DNA of 63,230 nt, counting the filler. It is 13 parts of 13 records of this genome, joined end to end, with 100 filler letters (N's around TTAATTAATTAA, not from the genome) between each part and the next. Parts side by side here need not be neighbours in the genome. Positions count along the whole stretch, not along the records: positions 35,215 to 39,461 come from SRR11831585_989; positions 39,562 to 41,678 come from SRR11831585_993; positions 41,779 to 44,127 come from SRR11831585_996; positions 44,228 to 46,390 come from SRR11831585_997; positions 46,491 to 48,926 come from SRR11831585_1009; positions 49,027 to 51,139 come from SRR11831585_1026; 7 more parts are not named here. One strand, 5' to 3'. The notes beneath the pieces were generated by a model that saw only the letters and a program-made list of their open reading frames with translations, ran no database searches and was not told the origin of the DNA. Shown here piece by piece: positions 39,234-49,728 of this stretch; within the stretch, counting starts at the first letter, position 1; each line of letters starts with the position of its first letter. The translations under genes and the position numbers were made by a program.

Positions 39234-39654
39234 GGGGGAGGGGGGAGGATTATGGAACTTTGCTCCTTGTAAGGACTAATTATTTTTGCATATTACTTCA
39301 TTAGCTTCGATGATTTTTCTTTAATATTCATTATGTTAATAAGTTCTGGATGAGTGTGCTCTCATTGGATTTTTTATCCGTCTTGTTCTGCCGCAGGATG
39401 AGACTATACATCGTCGAGATCGCAATGATGATATGAGTTGTTCCTCCTGCGACGGCTCTAANNNNNNNNNNNNNNNNNNNNNNNNNNNNNNNNNNNNNNN
39501 NNNNNTTAATTAATTAANNNNNNNNNNNNNNNNNNNNNNNNNNNNNNNNNNNNNNNNNNNNGGTCACCCCATTACCACCCAGATGGTGTACGATATATTG
39601 GAAAGTGCGACACTCGGGGTAGACACGAGACAATGCACACGCACACTAACATAC

Positions 39655-40318
39655 CTGCTGATCAGGTGCCATCAGATCGAGAAACTCGGACGCCGCGTGA
39701 TGGTTGTACCCCGGTTTCAAGCCCAGAAGAGTAGACCAATTCACGCAGGCATCAATCTGCAGACAACATGATTAGTCTCTCAACATCAATACATGGCACA
39801 CGTACGTAGTTTTCGCGAAGATCCCACTCAAACAGCGCATCCGATTGCAACTGCAATGCATAGGGCAAGCGCTGCGCCATCCATATTTTCTCTTCCTGCC
39901 AAGTTCGCTGCCGTCGCGAACGAGAAGACGGGATCGTGAGCGGAAAGGAAACATCGCAGGTGTTTGTGGAATTCTCTGATTGCTCTGCATTCGTGATTGG
40001 TGGAATCGCACACGGCATGGCCGGAGATATCATGACCACGCGATGGTGAACGTCGGCCACAGGCGAAACAGAGATGTTCCAGAGGGAGCCTTCGCGTTGC
40101 AAGTGGATTACGGAGCAGTCACTCCCGACATCTGACAGTGCAGTTGTGGACAGGGCATGAAGCACATCCGAGGCCAGCTGGTTCTCCACATCAACGAACG
40201 CGCCGAGCGTATCAGCGTGTGCTGCTTTGTTCGCCCACACGACACCCCATGCGGCGTCAACAACGATCGTGGGAAGCGGGGCATGCTCGAACGCCAACAC
40301 CGCAAGATCCCGCTCCAT
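39655..40318 (-). CDS. Eukaryotic tandem-PAS-domain protein, 3' partial; exons 40318-39806 and 39756-39655
   Basis: FEHAPLPTIVVD...VVWANKAA (PAS 1) and DALFEWDLRENY/IDACVNWSTLLG...EFLDLMAPDQ (PAS 2) joined in frame by a 49-nt GTACGT..CTAAT..CAG intron; start codon uncertain. Confidence 0.7.
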
Positions 40319-41328
40319 ACGCGTTTGGCACACCCAGTGAGGCGCGGTGGCTGCGACAACAACAACACAGATAACGAATCCACGCAAGATGCGACGCTCA
40401 CGCCCCCGAGCAAACCACCGCATAGGAAAGAGAGACGCGGTAAGTGGGTTCATTGTGTGACACGTCATCGTATGTGTGTGTTCGTGTTTGCAAAGACAGA
40501 TCACCACCGATTCGTACGCACATAACAGGCGCCGTGGCAGCGATTGAGGCGGTGAAACCACCAGAACCATATTGAAAACGCAGAAACCGCAGAGCAGCTC
40601 TCTGGCTGACGGCTTGCATTGGTAAAGTTCGTAGCTGTCGAGTTGGCGCGGCGTTGATTGGCGAAAAGGAAAACCGAAAGTGATGCAGCGACTTGGGGGG
40701 GATCGCAGGCTTCGAGACGTGAACAGATGAGACGCAATACTGTGCAAGCTGCTCATGTGAGGGAGACTCACAGTCACTCACAGTCGTGATCCAGTTACAC
40801 TCCAACCTCGAGTCTTCAGTCTTGACAATGACATGCGTGGATTCACGTAGGCTCGAAACAAAGCCCCGATCCTTCAACGTCATATCGTCGGCTCGCTCTA
40901 GCAAGGTGCCCACGGCTAACGGCTGCAAATCAAATGGTACACGCTCGTCTGTCCGAAGCCTCGTACATCGACTGCCTCATGGAGCTTCCAAGGTTGGTTA
41001 TCAGGACACGTTCAATGTTGATAGTACAACAAAACAGCAACAAAAGCAGTGCAGTGTGTTTTCAAGTATGTTCTCAGCCTGTGCATCGGTCGTGTCGTCC
41101 AAGTACGAAATCTCAGCGACTACGATTTCGAAGGAGGCGACCCCCGTAGAACACATGCACTCACACTGTCACACCGTTAATATACACCAATATACATCCA
41201 CACGCACACGCATAATAGATCGACACATTTCGATATATCAAAATAGGTTCCTGTTCAAGAGTCACCTGTGCAAGTCTGTGGTGATCTCATAAGTAGTTAG
41301 ATAGCTCTGTTGAAAAGAGTGATTCGAC

Positions 41329-41615
41329 ATGAACTCCGCCCGTGTGTCCTTGCTGCTCGTGTGCGCCTGTTTGGTGCTGATCGTGCATGGACTGAATCCC
41401 GGTGTCCACCTTGCTCCGTTGGTTAGCGGCGGAAATCCGACAGTGGATGAGGTTCATGTATGTGTTTTGTTAAGATGCTGCCTGCAACTGCGAAAATATG
41501 ATTGCTGAAGTGTGCATCTGCTATGGGAGTAGTGCCTAATGTCGGTGCTTCTGTAGGATCTGGGCGCGACGTGGGTCAGGGTCGAATTTATCGATGGAAG
41601 CGACGCGTTCAGCTT
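41329..41615 (+). CDS. Eukaryotic secreted glycoside-hydrolase-like protein, 3' partial; exons 41329-41457 and 41557-41615
   Basis: Signal peptide MNSARVSLLLVCACLVLIVHG; splicing a 99-nt GTATGT..CTAAT..TAG intron gives EVH/DLGATWVRVEF. Confidence 0.6.
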
Positions 41616-42472
41616 GTATGTCTCTCCTGTTTATCTTCATCTGTTATCACGTTTCTGGCATCGTGTGCGGGGGAAACGNNNNNNNNNNNNNNNNNNNNNN
41701 NNNNNNNNNNNNNNNNNNNNNNTTAATTAATTAANNNNNNNNNNNNNNNNNNNNNNNNNNNNNNNNNNNNNNNNNNNNCCCCGCTGCGGAGGCGCCGCCA
41801 CAGATTGATATGGGGGCGTTCTTTAAATTCTAGTAGCGCATGGTGTTGGGTTTCTGGTTGTGGGTGTGTGTTTTACTAGATGAGGTGTTATTTGTAAATG
41901 TACTAAGATGAGTACCCTTTGGTTTGGTACATTGATTTGCTTATGTGTACGCTTGTGTTTGAGTGTGTCTCTACTGTTTGTGTGTCGTTGGTGTTGTTTT
42001 GTTATGCGGGTATGTATGTATGTATCGATAAACAGGATCATAAATAGCGCTGTAATCGTGATTAGATTGTCGACTGCAACACCTACTCTGCGGACAAAAA
42101 AAACAGATACACAGCACGATTAACATAAAATAGACCCAAACCACGTGCCGCGGATCGTCATGAAAAACAAACTTCACCTTCCAAGGCATCCCCCTCGCAC
42201 AGAAATGCATGCATCACGCATACGCCCGGAGCACGACAAACAACAAAATCAAATAAACAACAATAATAAGTGGTATACAAATCGGCGATAAGCAGGACAA
42301 ACGTCCCATAAATATACGCACCATCCGCAGAAGGAGCGATCATACAAACCACACAACAACACCACACCTCCATCACCACCAACAACCACCACGACAGCTT
42401 AGTATCCCTCTCCTGCGTCACACAAAAACACCATTCGGCATAACAGCGCGGTCTAGATGATAGGGTGCGTTA

Positions 42473-43846
42473 TCACGAGCAGCAGCCACCCTTAGTGGTT
42501 TCGATGGAGTCCTCGGCCCCGGTCAAAATCACCGAGTCGCTACGCTGCTGCGGGGATGCGACCTGGGAAGAGGGGCGCAGTTTCGACTGCTGCAGGACAG
42601 AGAAGAACGGGGGAAAGTCAGTGAAACGCATGAGGAAACAGCACAACAAACCATCACAATCATAACACTGCAAGGCATCACAAGCAAGCAAAACACGATC
42701 GCTGTATCAGCAAGAAACAAGAAACACGCTCCGCCCAGCAAAACGGGGCGCATCGATGTAATCCCAGTAATCGCACGCACGCGCACCAGTATCGCCAAAC
42801 AAAACAACAAAAAAGCAGCCATCACGCACAACACACACACATACGCGACATATTCCACAAACAACAGCGCACATACCACCAGACGGTTGCCGATATACTC
42901 AAACACTTCCTGTACGTTGACACCGGTCTTGGCACTCGTCTCATAGTATACGCCGTTCACCGAACTGGCGAACTGCGTCGCTTCCGACTGCTCGACCCGA
43001 CGTTGCTTGATGTGAGACTCGATCAGATCCGCTGCGCACAAGACGGACAGATAAGCACACCAAGTGAGAGAAAGATGCATGAAGAAACAGCAAGATACCA
43101 TAAAAAACACAACACTCCAGAAAGCTTCACTATCTTTATGTTACCGCAGAAGCAGTCGCACGCGTGGACCCACATACACTTTGTACCGACCACCACCACA
43201 ATAGCGTCCTTGTCACAGTGCTCCAAGCGATCAGCCTGTCGCTGCACCTCCATAAAGGAGGTTCGGTCCGAAATATGTACGCCGCAGTTAAGGAGTGCAC
43301 ATGCGATACAGAGTGAAACAGATAGCGCACAGAGCACTCATAGTGAAGACCACCACGCACCACACTGTGCAACAGAAACCCAAGAAATACACAGGAAACA
43401 CAATGTTAGAAGGAAAGGATATCAAAACATAGCAAAGCTGCGCCTGATCCGCGTAGGTACAAAGTTGATAAGGAATCGTATTGCTCTACCGTTCATATCA
43501 TTAACGAAGAACTGCTATGAACATTTGTATCACAGGGTCACGCACCTTGTCCTGCGGTATCCTGCGATAGCAAATGAGGTTAGAACAGTAGAAGTGACAC
43601 ACACAGACAGCCACATACCCAGATGCCTAAAATGAATCCCTGGCATGTTTTGGTCCCATAAGAAACACCCAGAGTCTACACAGCGTTACAACTGTGATCA
43701 TCATCTAGGATCAGTCATACCGCAGCGGTCGTTCCAAACTCGTCACGAAGATATCGCGTTAGCAATGAGGTCTTACCGGCACTCGTGGGGCCAAGAACGA
43801 TCACTTTAACATCCACTTTCTTACCCGATCTACCCGATGTAGACAT
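42473..43846 (-). CDS. Rab GTPase (Rab24/Rab20-like), complete, 210 aa; exons 43846-43721, 43675-43619, 43561-43546, 43485-43423, 43276-43178, 43031-42877, 42589-42473
   Basis: Spliced ORF of 633 nt contains G1 GPTSAGKTS, G2 T, G3 WDTAGQE, G4 TKSD, G5 ETSAK and the GGCCS prenylation tail. Confidence 0.93.
43277..43422 (-). other. U12-type (minor spliceosome) AT-AC intron, 146 nt
   Basis: Donor ATATCCTTT, branch point CTCCTTAAC (43295-43287), TAC acceptor 10 nt later; removal restores LLCF-D-ISDRTSF. Confidence 0.92.
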
Positions 43847-44227
43847 TATCGAAAGCAAGGATGGATCGGATTTTAGTTCCACGCACGCGACAATGCGAAC
43901 CCAGCCAAAAGAATTCAGGTCATATATATGCAAACTGAGGCAAGCGGAGCCTCGCCTTCAGATTCGTGTCAGACTCTGTAACTCTGACAGTGCCACGACA
44001 CCATGTTCGAATGCTCGTTTGCTCGACCCAGGATCTCGCTTGCTGCGCACGAGTTCCGCAACAGAACCCGCGGTGTTCGTGTTCCTCTGCACGTGTGTTG
44101 CGCACGACTGTGCGTAAATCCTAGCCANNNNNNNNNNNNNNNNNNNNNNNNNNNNNNNNNNNNNNNNNNNNTTAATTAATTAANNNNNNNNNNNNNNNNN
44201 NNNNNNNNNNNNNNNNNNNNNNNNNNN

Positions 44228-44676
44228 CGGGGATCTGCCAGATCTACACAGAAATTGTCACACACATCGTTGCGAACACCACAGCGCAGAGCGGCATACT
44301 CGAACAGTGCTATCCTCAGAGCCGGATGCAATGATATTCTCATTGAAAGGGTGGAAATCGAAATCAAGCACAGGGCGAGTATGGCCTAAATTCAGTTGCA
44401 TGAGCATCATTCCCAGATACAGTTTCATTACGGAATACATATACACATACCGAGGAACAAAGGCTGATCTACGGGCAGGCGACCAGTCGCTGAATGGGGT
44501 ACCACAGCGAATGCTCCACCTCCGGCAGTCTTCCATGAAACGGCGAAGTACGTGGTATTGGCCTTGATAAAGTTCCCGTCCCACGCGTTTTCAGTCGCAC
44601 GGACATTATCGTACGAGAAATCACGCTTGAAAGCAGTGCCAAAAACGTGTCGGAACTTGGATGTGCGCTGGGTCAT
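44228..44676 (-). CDS. Coronin (WD40 actin-binding protein), 3' partial; exons 44676-44451, 44385-44300, 44243-44228
   Basis: SKFRHVFG, GGGAFAV and [34 protein letters not shown] after removing two GT-AG introns. Confidence 0.93.
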
Positions 44677-44944
44677 TGTTCAGTGAGTTTGCCCCGCTAT
44701 GCAACGAAGCAGAAACAGTGAAAGATAAGTGTGTTTGCGCTGCCTGTCGGCATGTATGTGCCGAGCTCGGGTCCCTAGTCATCGTGAAGCGTCAAGACGC
44801 AATCTAGCAGCTGGGAGTACGTCGACACGCAACAAGATCCTCGGGATTTTTCGGTGCCTTCAACTCTGTAGAATTTCCTAGAAAGTTGCCGCAACATTGG
44901 TCGCATTTGTCATCTTTGGTACGAAAGTGTTGCAAGGAACGCAA

Positions 44945-45839
44945 ATGAGCGCTAAATCAGGAGCAACATACGACTATTTATTGGTTCTGGATTTTGAAGC
45001 CACTTGTCTCGATGGTGTTCGAATTTCTCCGCAGGAGATTATCGAGTTCCCCACGGTTTTATTAGATGTTCACGAGAACAAAGTTATCGACGAGTTTCGT
45101 ACCTTCGTTCGACCTGTAGCTCATCCGAAGCTCAGCGCATTCTGCACCAGTTTGACCGGAATCACGCAAGTATGACCTGCTTCGTTCCTTTAAATCGTAT
45201 CACTAATGCTCTTTGCTTAGGACCAGGTTGGTGACGCCCCATGTTTCGCGGAGGCGTTAGATCTCTACATGAAGTGGTTCGAGAAGCACGAGCTCGACCG
45301 CAAATCTTTCATGTTTGTTACATGTGGAGACTGGTGCGTTTCCTCTACTGCAGCCCGTTCAGCACGATCATGTACTCACAAGCAACGTTGTTTTGTGTGC
45401 GTGCTGTAGGGACTTGAAAACTGCCTTCCCTGATCAGTGTAAGCAGAGTGGTGAACGGCCGCCAGAGATATTCTCACGCTGGATCAACATCAAGCATGTT
45501 GCTGCGGATTTTTACAAGAAGCGAACCGTGCACGGCATGACCGGACTGCTGCAGCTAGCGCATCTGCAACTGCAGGGTACGCGTATACGTGTGTTGCATG
45601 GTATGTGCATCAGTGCCGCATATAGTATTAATATGTACATTCTTGTGCTCATATCATGCATGTTCATTTGTTCATTGCACACCCATCTGATGTGTCTTCT
45701 TCTCTGCGTGTTTGCAGGGCGGCATCATAGCGGCCTCGACGACTGTCGCAACATCGCGCGCTGTGCACAGGCCATGATCGCCGCCGGTTGCGTGTTCTCA
45801 GGCTCACACGTGCAGCCCCGAAGAAGGAAAGCGCAGTAG
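44945..45839 (+). CDS. ERI1/ERI3-family DEDDh 3'-5' exonuclease, complete, 208 aa; exons 44945-45169, 45221-45333, 45410-45576, 45718-45839
   Basis: LVLDFEATC, EIIEFP, LTGITQ, VTCGDWDL and GRHHSGLDDC in a 627-nt spliced ORF. Confidence 0.92.
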
Positions 45840-46619
45840 CATACACATATGCATGAAATCACAACATTGCCTGCCGCATATCCATGTGCCAGAGTGTAGC
45901 TACAGTGCGATGTATATGTATGTGTGCCGTACCCGTACGGGGTGTGTCTAAGTGGGCATGCATGTACCGTGAGTGTTGCGGTTCTCTCGCTCCCTTCGCA
46001 CGTGAGACCGCTGACATGTACCTCACACGTAAGTGGAGTTGCGGCGCCGGCTTATACGTATGGTAGTCACTGTTATGCATGCCCGCGTATGCGTGAGTCC
46101 TTTCTCTGGGCTTTTTAAGAGAGGAGTAGAGTATCGAAGCAGGAAAAGTATCTAAAAGTGTCTCAGATCGATCAACTCACATATCAAGTCTCCTGCTCTC
46201 ATGTGGGTGCATGAACTGTCCGTGCCTGTCACACGGACAGACAGCACATAGCTAGAGCTTCCGCATATCGCATAAGTACTCTCGGCGTAAATATATCCGA
46301 ACCTGAAATCTGACTGATTCTGACACAAATCGAAGGTGGCTCAGAGCGCTGCTGCGGGAGAAGATGGGAGAGCGAGAGCTAGGTATTTTCNNNNNNNNNN
46401 NNNNNNNNNNNNNNNNNNNNNNNNNNNNNNNNNNTTAATTAATTAANNNNNNNNNNNNNNNNNNNNNNNNNNNNNNNNNNNNNNNNNNNNGGAGGGGGGG
46501 ATCGTATACGTACATTTCGGCAAAATGAAGACGACACGCACACACGTACGCATCACGCACATACGGAGATACACGAACACCACGCGACACAGTTCCGGGC
46601 CCGAGTTGTAAACACGTAC

Positions 46620-48881
46620 TGCTGGTGTAGCACACACTGCCGATCGCCTCACACGCCTGCAAACGAACAGAATCCAAGCGGGAATGCAGGAGTTGCACAA
46701 GAGGGGGTATGCCACGGCCTTGTCGCACCGCATTGCGGTTCAACACTGCGTTGGGGGACAAACACAGACACGTGGTTGAGTATGCACACAGTTAAAAACT
46801 GGGTGGTGGTACGGCGTACAGGGGCAATAGACACAGAAGCAGGAACTCATGGACGCGGAGAAAGAGAGAGACACGAAGAAACGTTCAAAAGCACAAAGTA
46901 AGCCTCGACAGTAGAAGGACAGAAAAAGAGTGCAGATCGTACCATCACACAGCTATGCTCCACACGAAAAGAACTTCACGGAGGAAACTCGCATAAAGGC
47001 ACGTACGATTGTGTACACACAAATTCTTGACAGCGCGGGCCGCCTGACTCGCAATAAGCTCATTCTTCGAACGCAACAGTGTCAGCAGATGAGCAAAGCC
47101 GTGTGCATCGCGAAAGGCGTTACGGTTCTCCTCTGTTGTGAGAGAGAGCACAAAACATAAGAAACGAAAGTGTAGGAGACTATTATAGGAGAATGTGGGG
47201 AATGGGTAACGCATAAAGAGCGAGACCAGAAGATGCACTGATGCTGTTCCGTGAGATTGATTCGTATATTGCCTTGGTTAGTGTATGCGCGGCAGCGGGA
47301 ACGCGAAATAAACGAGAACAGAAACGACATTCAAACGAATAGAATACGCAAACACGAATAGGGGCCATTACCGCAGACAGCATGTTGATGTGTGTATGGT
47401 GACGCATGATAAACCAGCAAAACGCACAAAGAAAACACAAAAACACTGAACAAGTACGGTTATCACTCACGGCATGTTGATGTGTGCACGAAGAGTGGCC
47501 GGTGCCGCGTGATAAATGAGATGTTTGCAAAGAACACACCAACGAAAACACACTGAACGGTACCATTATCGCAGACGGCGTTAGCGAGCAGCCACAGAGT
47601 TTGTTCCTGCACGTCCGCGTCCGAGTGCTGCAGCAGCTGTGTGATGAGCGTGATCCCGTTGAACTTGGCGATGTCTTGTCGCACATGATCTGCAATTCGG
47701 CAAACACACAAACACACACAGACATATACACACGCCAGCGTGGGCACGGTCGCACACAGCGCAAATAGTTAGAATAACGGCGCATACGAATCGGGCAAGG
47801 TGGCGGACGAAAATGTTAGCAGAAAAGAATTGACTCGCAATTTGAATAGATACCAGCCATAGGTGTGTGCGGTTGAATGGTGTATGTGAGGGGGGAGCTG
47901 TCCGTGATGTTACTGCACAGCGTACCGTTGTGATGAGCTGCGTTCGCCAGTGCCCACAGGGCCTGCTTCTGCACACGCATATCCGGGTGTTGGGCGCATT
48001 GCAATAACACCGGGACGGCTCCTGCGCGACGCAGCGCTTGCCTGTTCTTATCTGTAATAACGTACTCCGTTACTTAGAACGCATCCCGACTGACATACAC
48101 ACACGCACACACATGCACATACATACACATACACGCACACATATACATACACACCTCGACACCCGCAGCACCGTTTGTGACACAAACCATCACATTTCGG
48201 CTCTGTATTTTTAGCAATCCGCAGCGATAAAACAACAAACACAAAAGTACATAACGAGGCAACCATGCTATGAACGTACCCGAACAAGCAAGATTCTTCA
48301 TCAACCAGCAACAGAGCGCCAGCAACTGCACCGATTCCGTGCTGCAGATGACTGACAGAATTGCTGCAATACCACCATGTTCCCGAAAAGAATTGCGATA
48401 TACCACTGCATGACACACAGGGAAACACATGGAAACGATGAGATCCGTGAGGTGTACATGAACCGAAACTTGCGTATGCGATTGTTTACACTGGTATGTA
48501 CGTGTACGTTCAGATAGAGCGATATGCATACATATATGTAAGTATGTTTTCTACAACATGTTCGTTGGAGTTGTAATGCACACAAACACACGAAATGACG
48601 ACCATACAGTCAGAACATCAGCGTGAAGTATGAGTGCGTAGGAAGCGCAATGCAGAACGGAAACACAACGCCACGAACAAATATATGCGTCTAATGAAGA
48701 GGAGTACCCACGCAAGTAAGTCTGTTCCTGCTTGTTTCAAGTATGGGGTAAACGGATTAGTACGTACAGTCTTCATCGCGTGCAGTCAAATTAATGAGTG
48801 CCTTGCAGCATGCGAGTTGTGTTCGTTCATCCGATGCGGAGAGCGCCTTAATGAGGGACGGTACGTCCGTGGTGTTGATCA
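46620..48881 (-). CDS. Armadillo-repeat protein, internal fragment; exons 48881-48768, 48405-48280, 48051-47926, 47689-47564, 47132-47007, 46745-46620
   Basis: Each exon reads as an ARM unit, e.g. NRQALRRAGAVPVLLQCAQHPDMRVQKQALWALANAA; all introns are GTAC..CAG, phase 1. Confidence 0.9.
48090..48160. repeat. Degenerate (CA)n/(TG)n microsatellite inside an ARM-gene intron
   Basis: CATACACACACGCACACACATGCACATACATACAC...; similar tracts at 48901-48926 and 60570-60625. Confidence 0.85.
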
Positions 48882-49026
48882 CTGCAAAGACACACGACGT
48901 ACACACATACACACACACACACACACNNNNNNNNNNNNNNNNNNNNNNNNNNNNNNNNNNNNNNNNNNNNTTAATTAATTAANNNNNNNNNNNNNNNNNN
49001 NNNNNNNNNNNNNNNNNNNNNNNNNN

Positions 49027-49606
49027 CCGGCAGCTCTTGTGCATCCACGGCGTCCTCATATTCCACCATCTCGTACTGGAACTCGAAATCCTCGGCGCTG
49101 CGAACACCCACGGTCATAGGGCCTACGGGCTCGGCGGCAATGGCGTCGCCGTTCTCATCAAACACCCACCGCTTCACGTCTGATGAGGCGATCAGGGGCA
49201 GCTCCTCCATCGGCTCGTCGACAACAACGGGAGCCTCCGCAAAGACAGCCTCGGTGGCATTGCTGATGGGGGTTTCCTCCACGGCAGCGGGCGACACTTC
49301 CTCCGGGGCAGCATCGGCTTCCTGAGGAACGGGATCGGCAGATTCTGCAATCACAGTAGGCTCAGGTTCTTCGACGACAGTCTTCTTGGTGCGCGTCCGA
49401 GCTAATGATAGGTATAAGATTCATGCTTCGATGCTACTCGCAGGATACATACGCGCAGCTTTCTTGGCAGCAACCTTGGGTGCTTCCTCCACGATCTCAT
49501 TGGTTACGTCGGCCAGCACATCCTTCTGGCGCCGAGTCGATCGACGAGTAGACAGGGTAGAGACAGGATCTTCCGCAACCACCGCTTGCTTTCGTGTGTT
49601 TACCAT
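49027..49606 (-). CDS. Eukaryotic acidic low-complexity protein with a D-box-like motif, 3' partial; exons 49606-49453 and 49401-49027
   Basis: MVNTRK start; a 51-nt GTATGT..TAG intron joins the two ORF-track fragments in frame; KDVLADVTN motif. Confidence 0.7.
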
Positions 49607-49712
49607 AGCTATTTGTTAAATCGCAACTGTTTCACGCGCTCTGTTTCTTCAGCAATGAATGTAGACTCGACCGGCCTCAACCACGATCGATTCGTTTACA
49701 AATTTTCATCAA

Positions 49713-49728
49713 TTCAAATTTCCCGCGC
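49713..49728 (-). promoter_or_regulatory. Composite E2F + CHR-like element
   Basis: Minus strand GCGCGGGAAATTTGAA (TTTCCCGC abutting TTTGAA), about 110 nt upstream of the ATG at 49606; second E2F-like TTTGGCGC at 49878-49885. Confidence 0.5.

Noticed and set aside
39234-39461. AT-rich stretch after yibH with a G-rich run (GAGGGGGAGGGGGGAGG)
   Set aside because: Probably the degraded remnant region next to rhsA in K-12; no intact ORF or supportable element.
39234-39654. Apparent insertion of eukaryotic genes next to E. coli yibH (horizontal transfer)
   Set aside because: The two sources are always separated by a spacer, and no contig contains both.
40389-41292. Possible extra gene(s) between the PAS and GH-like genes (ORFs 40398-40928 minus and 40786-41292 plus; donors GTAAGT at 40440, GTATGT at 41066, GTGAGT on minus near 40791)
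   Set aside because: I could not build a frame-consistent spliced model or recognise a domain on either strand. Unresolved without transcripts.
41823-42421. Cys/Val-rich or His/Thr-rich ORFs in the eukaryote contigs (also 48048-48591, 60895-61281, 62580-62993)
   Set aside because: Translations of TG/CA microsatellite-rich introns and UTRs.
49440-49452. GTATCCTG inside the intron of the D-box-like gene, resembling a U12 donor
   Set aside because: It lies 4 nt inside a standard GTATGT donor, lacks the TT of RTATCCTT and has no CCTTAAC branch point. The U2 model already restores the frame.
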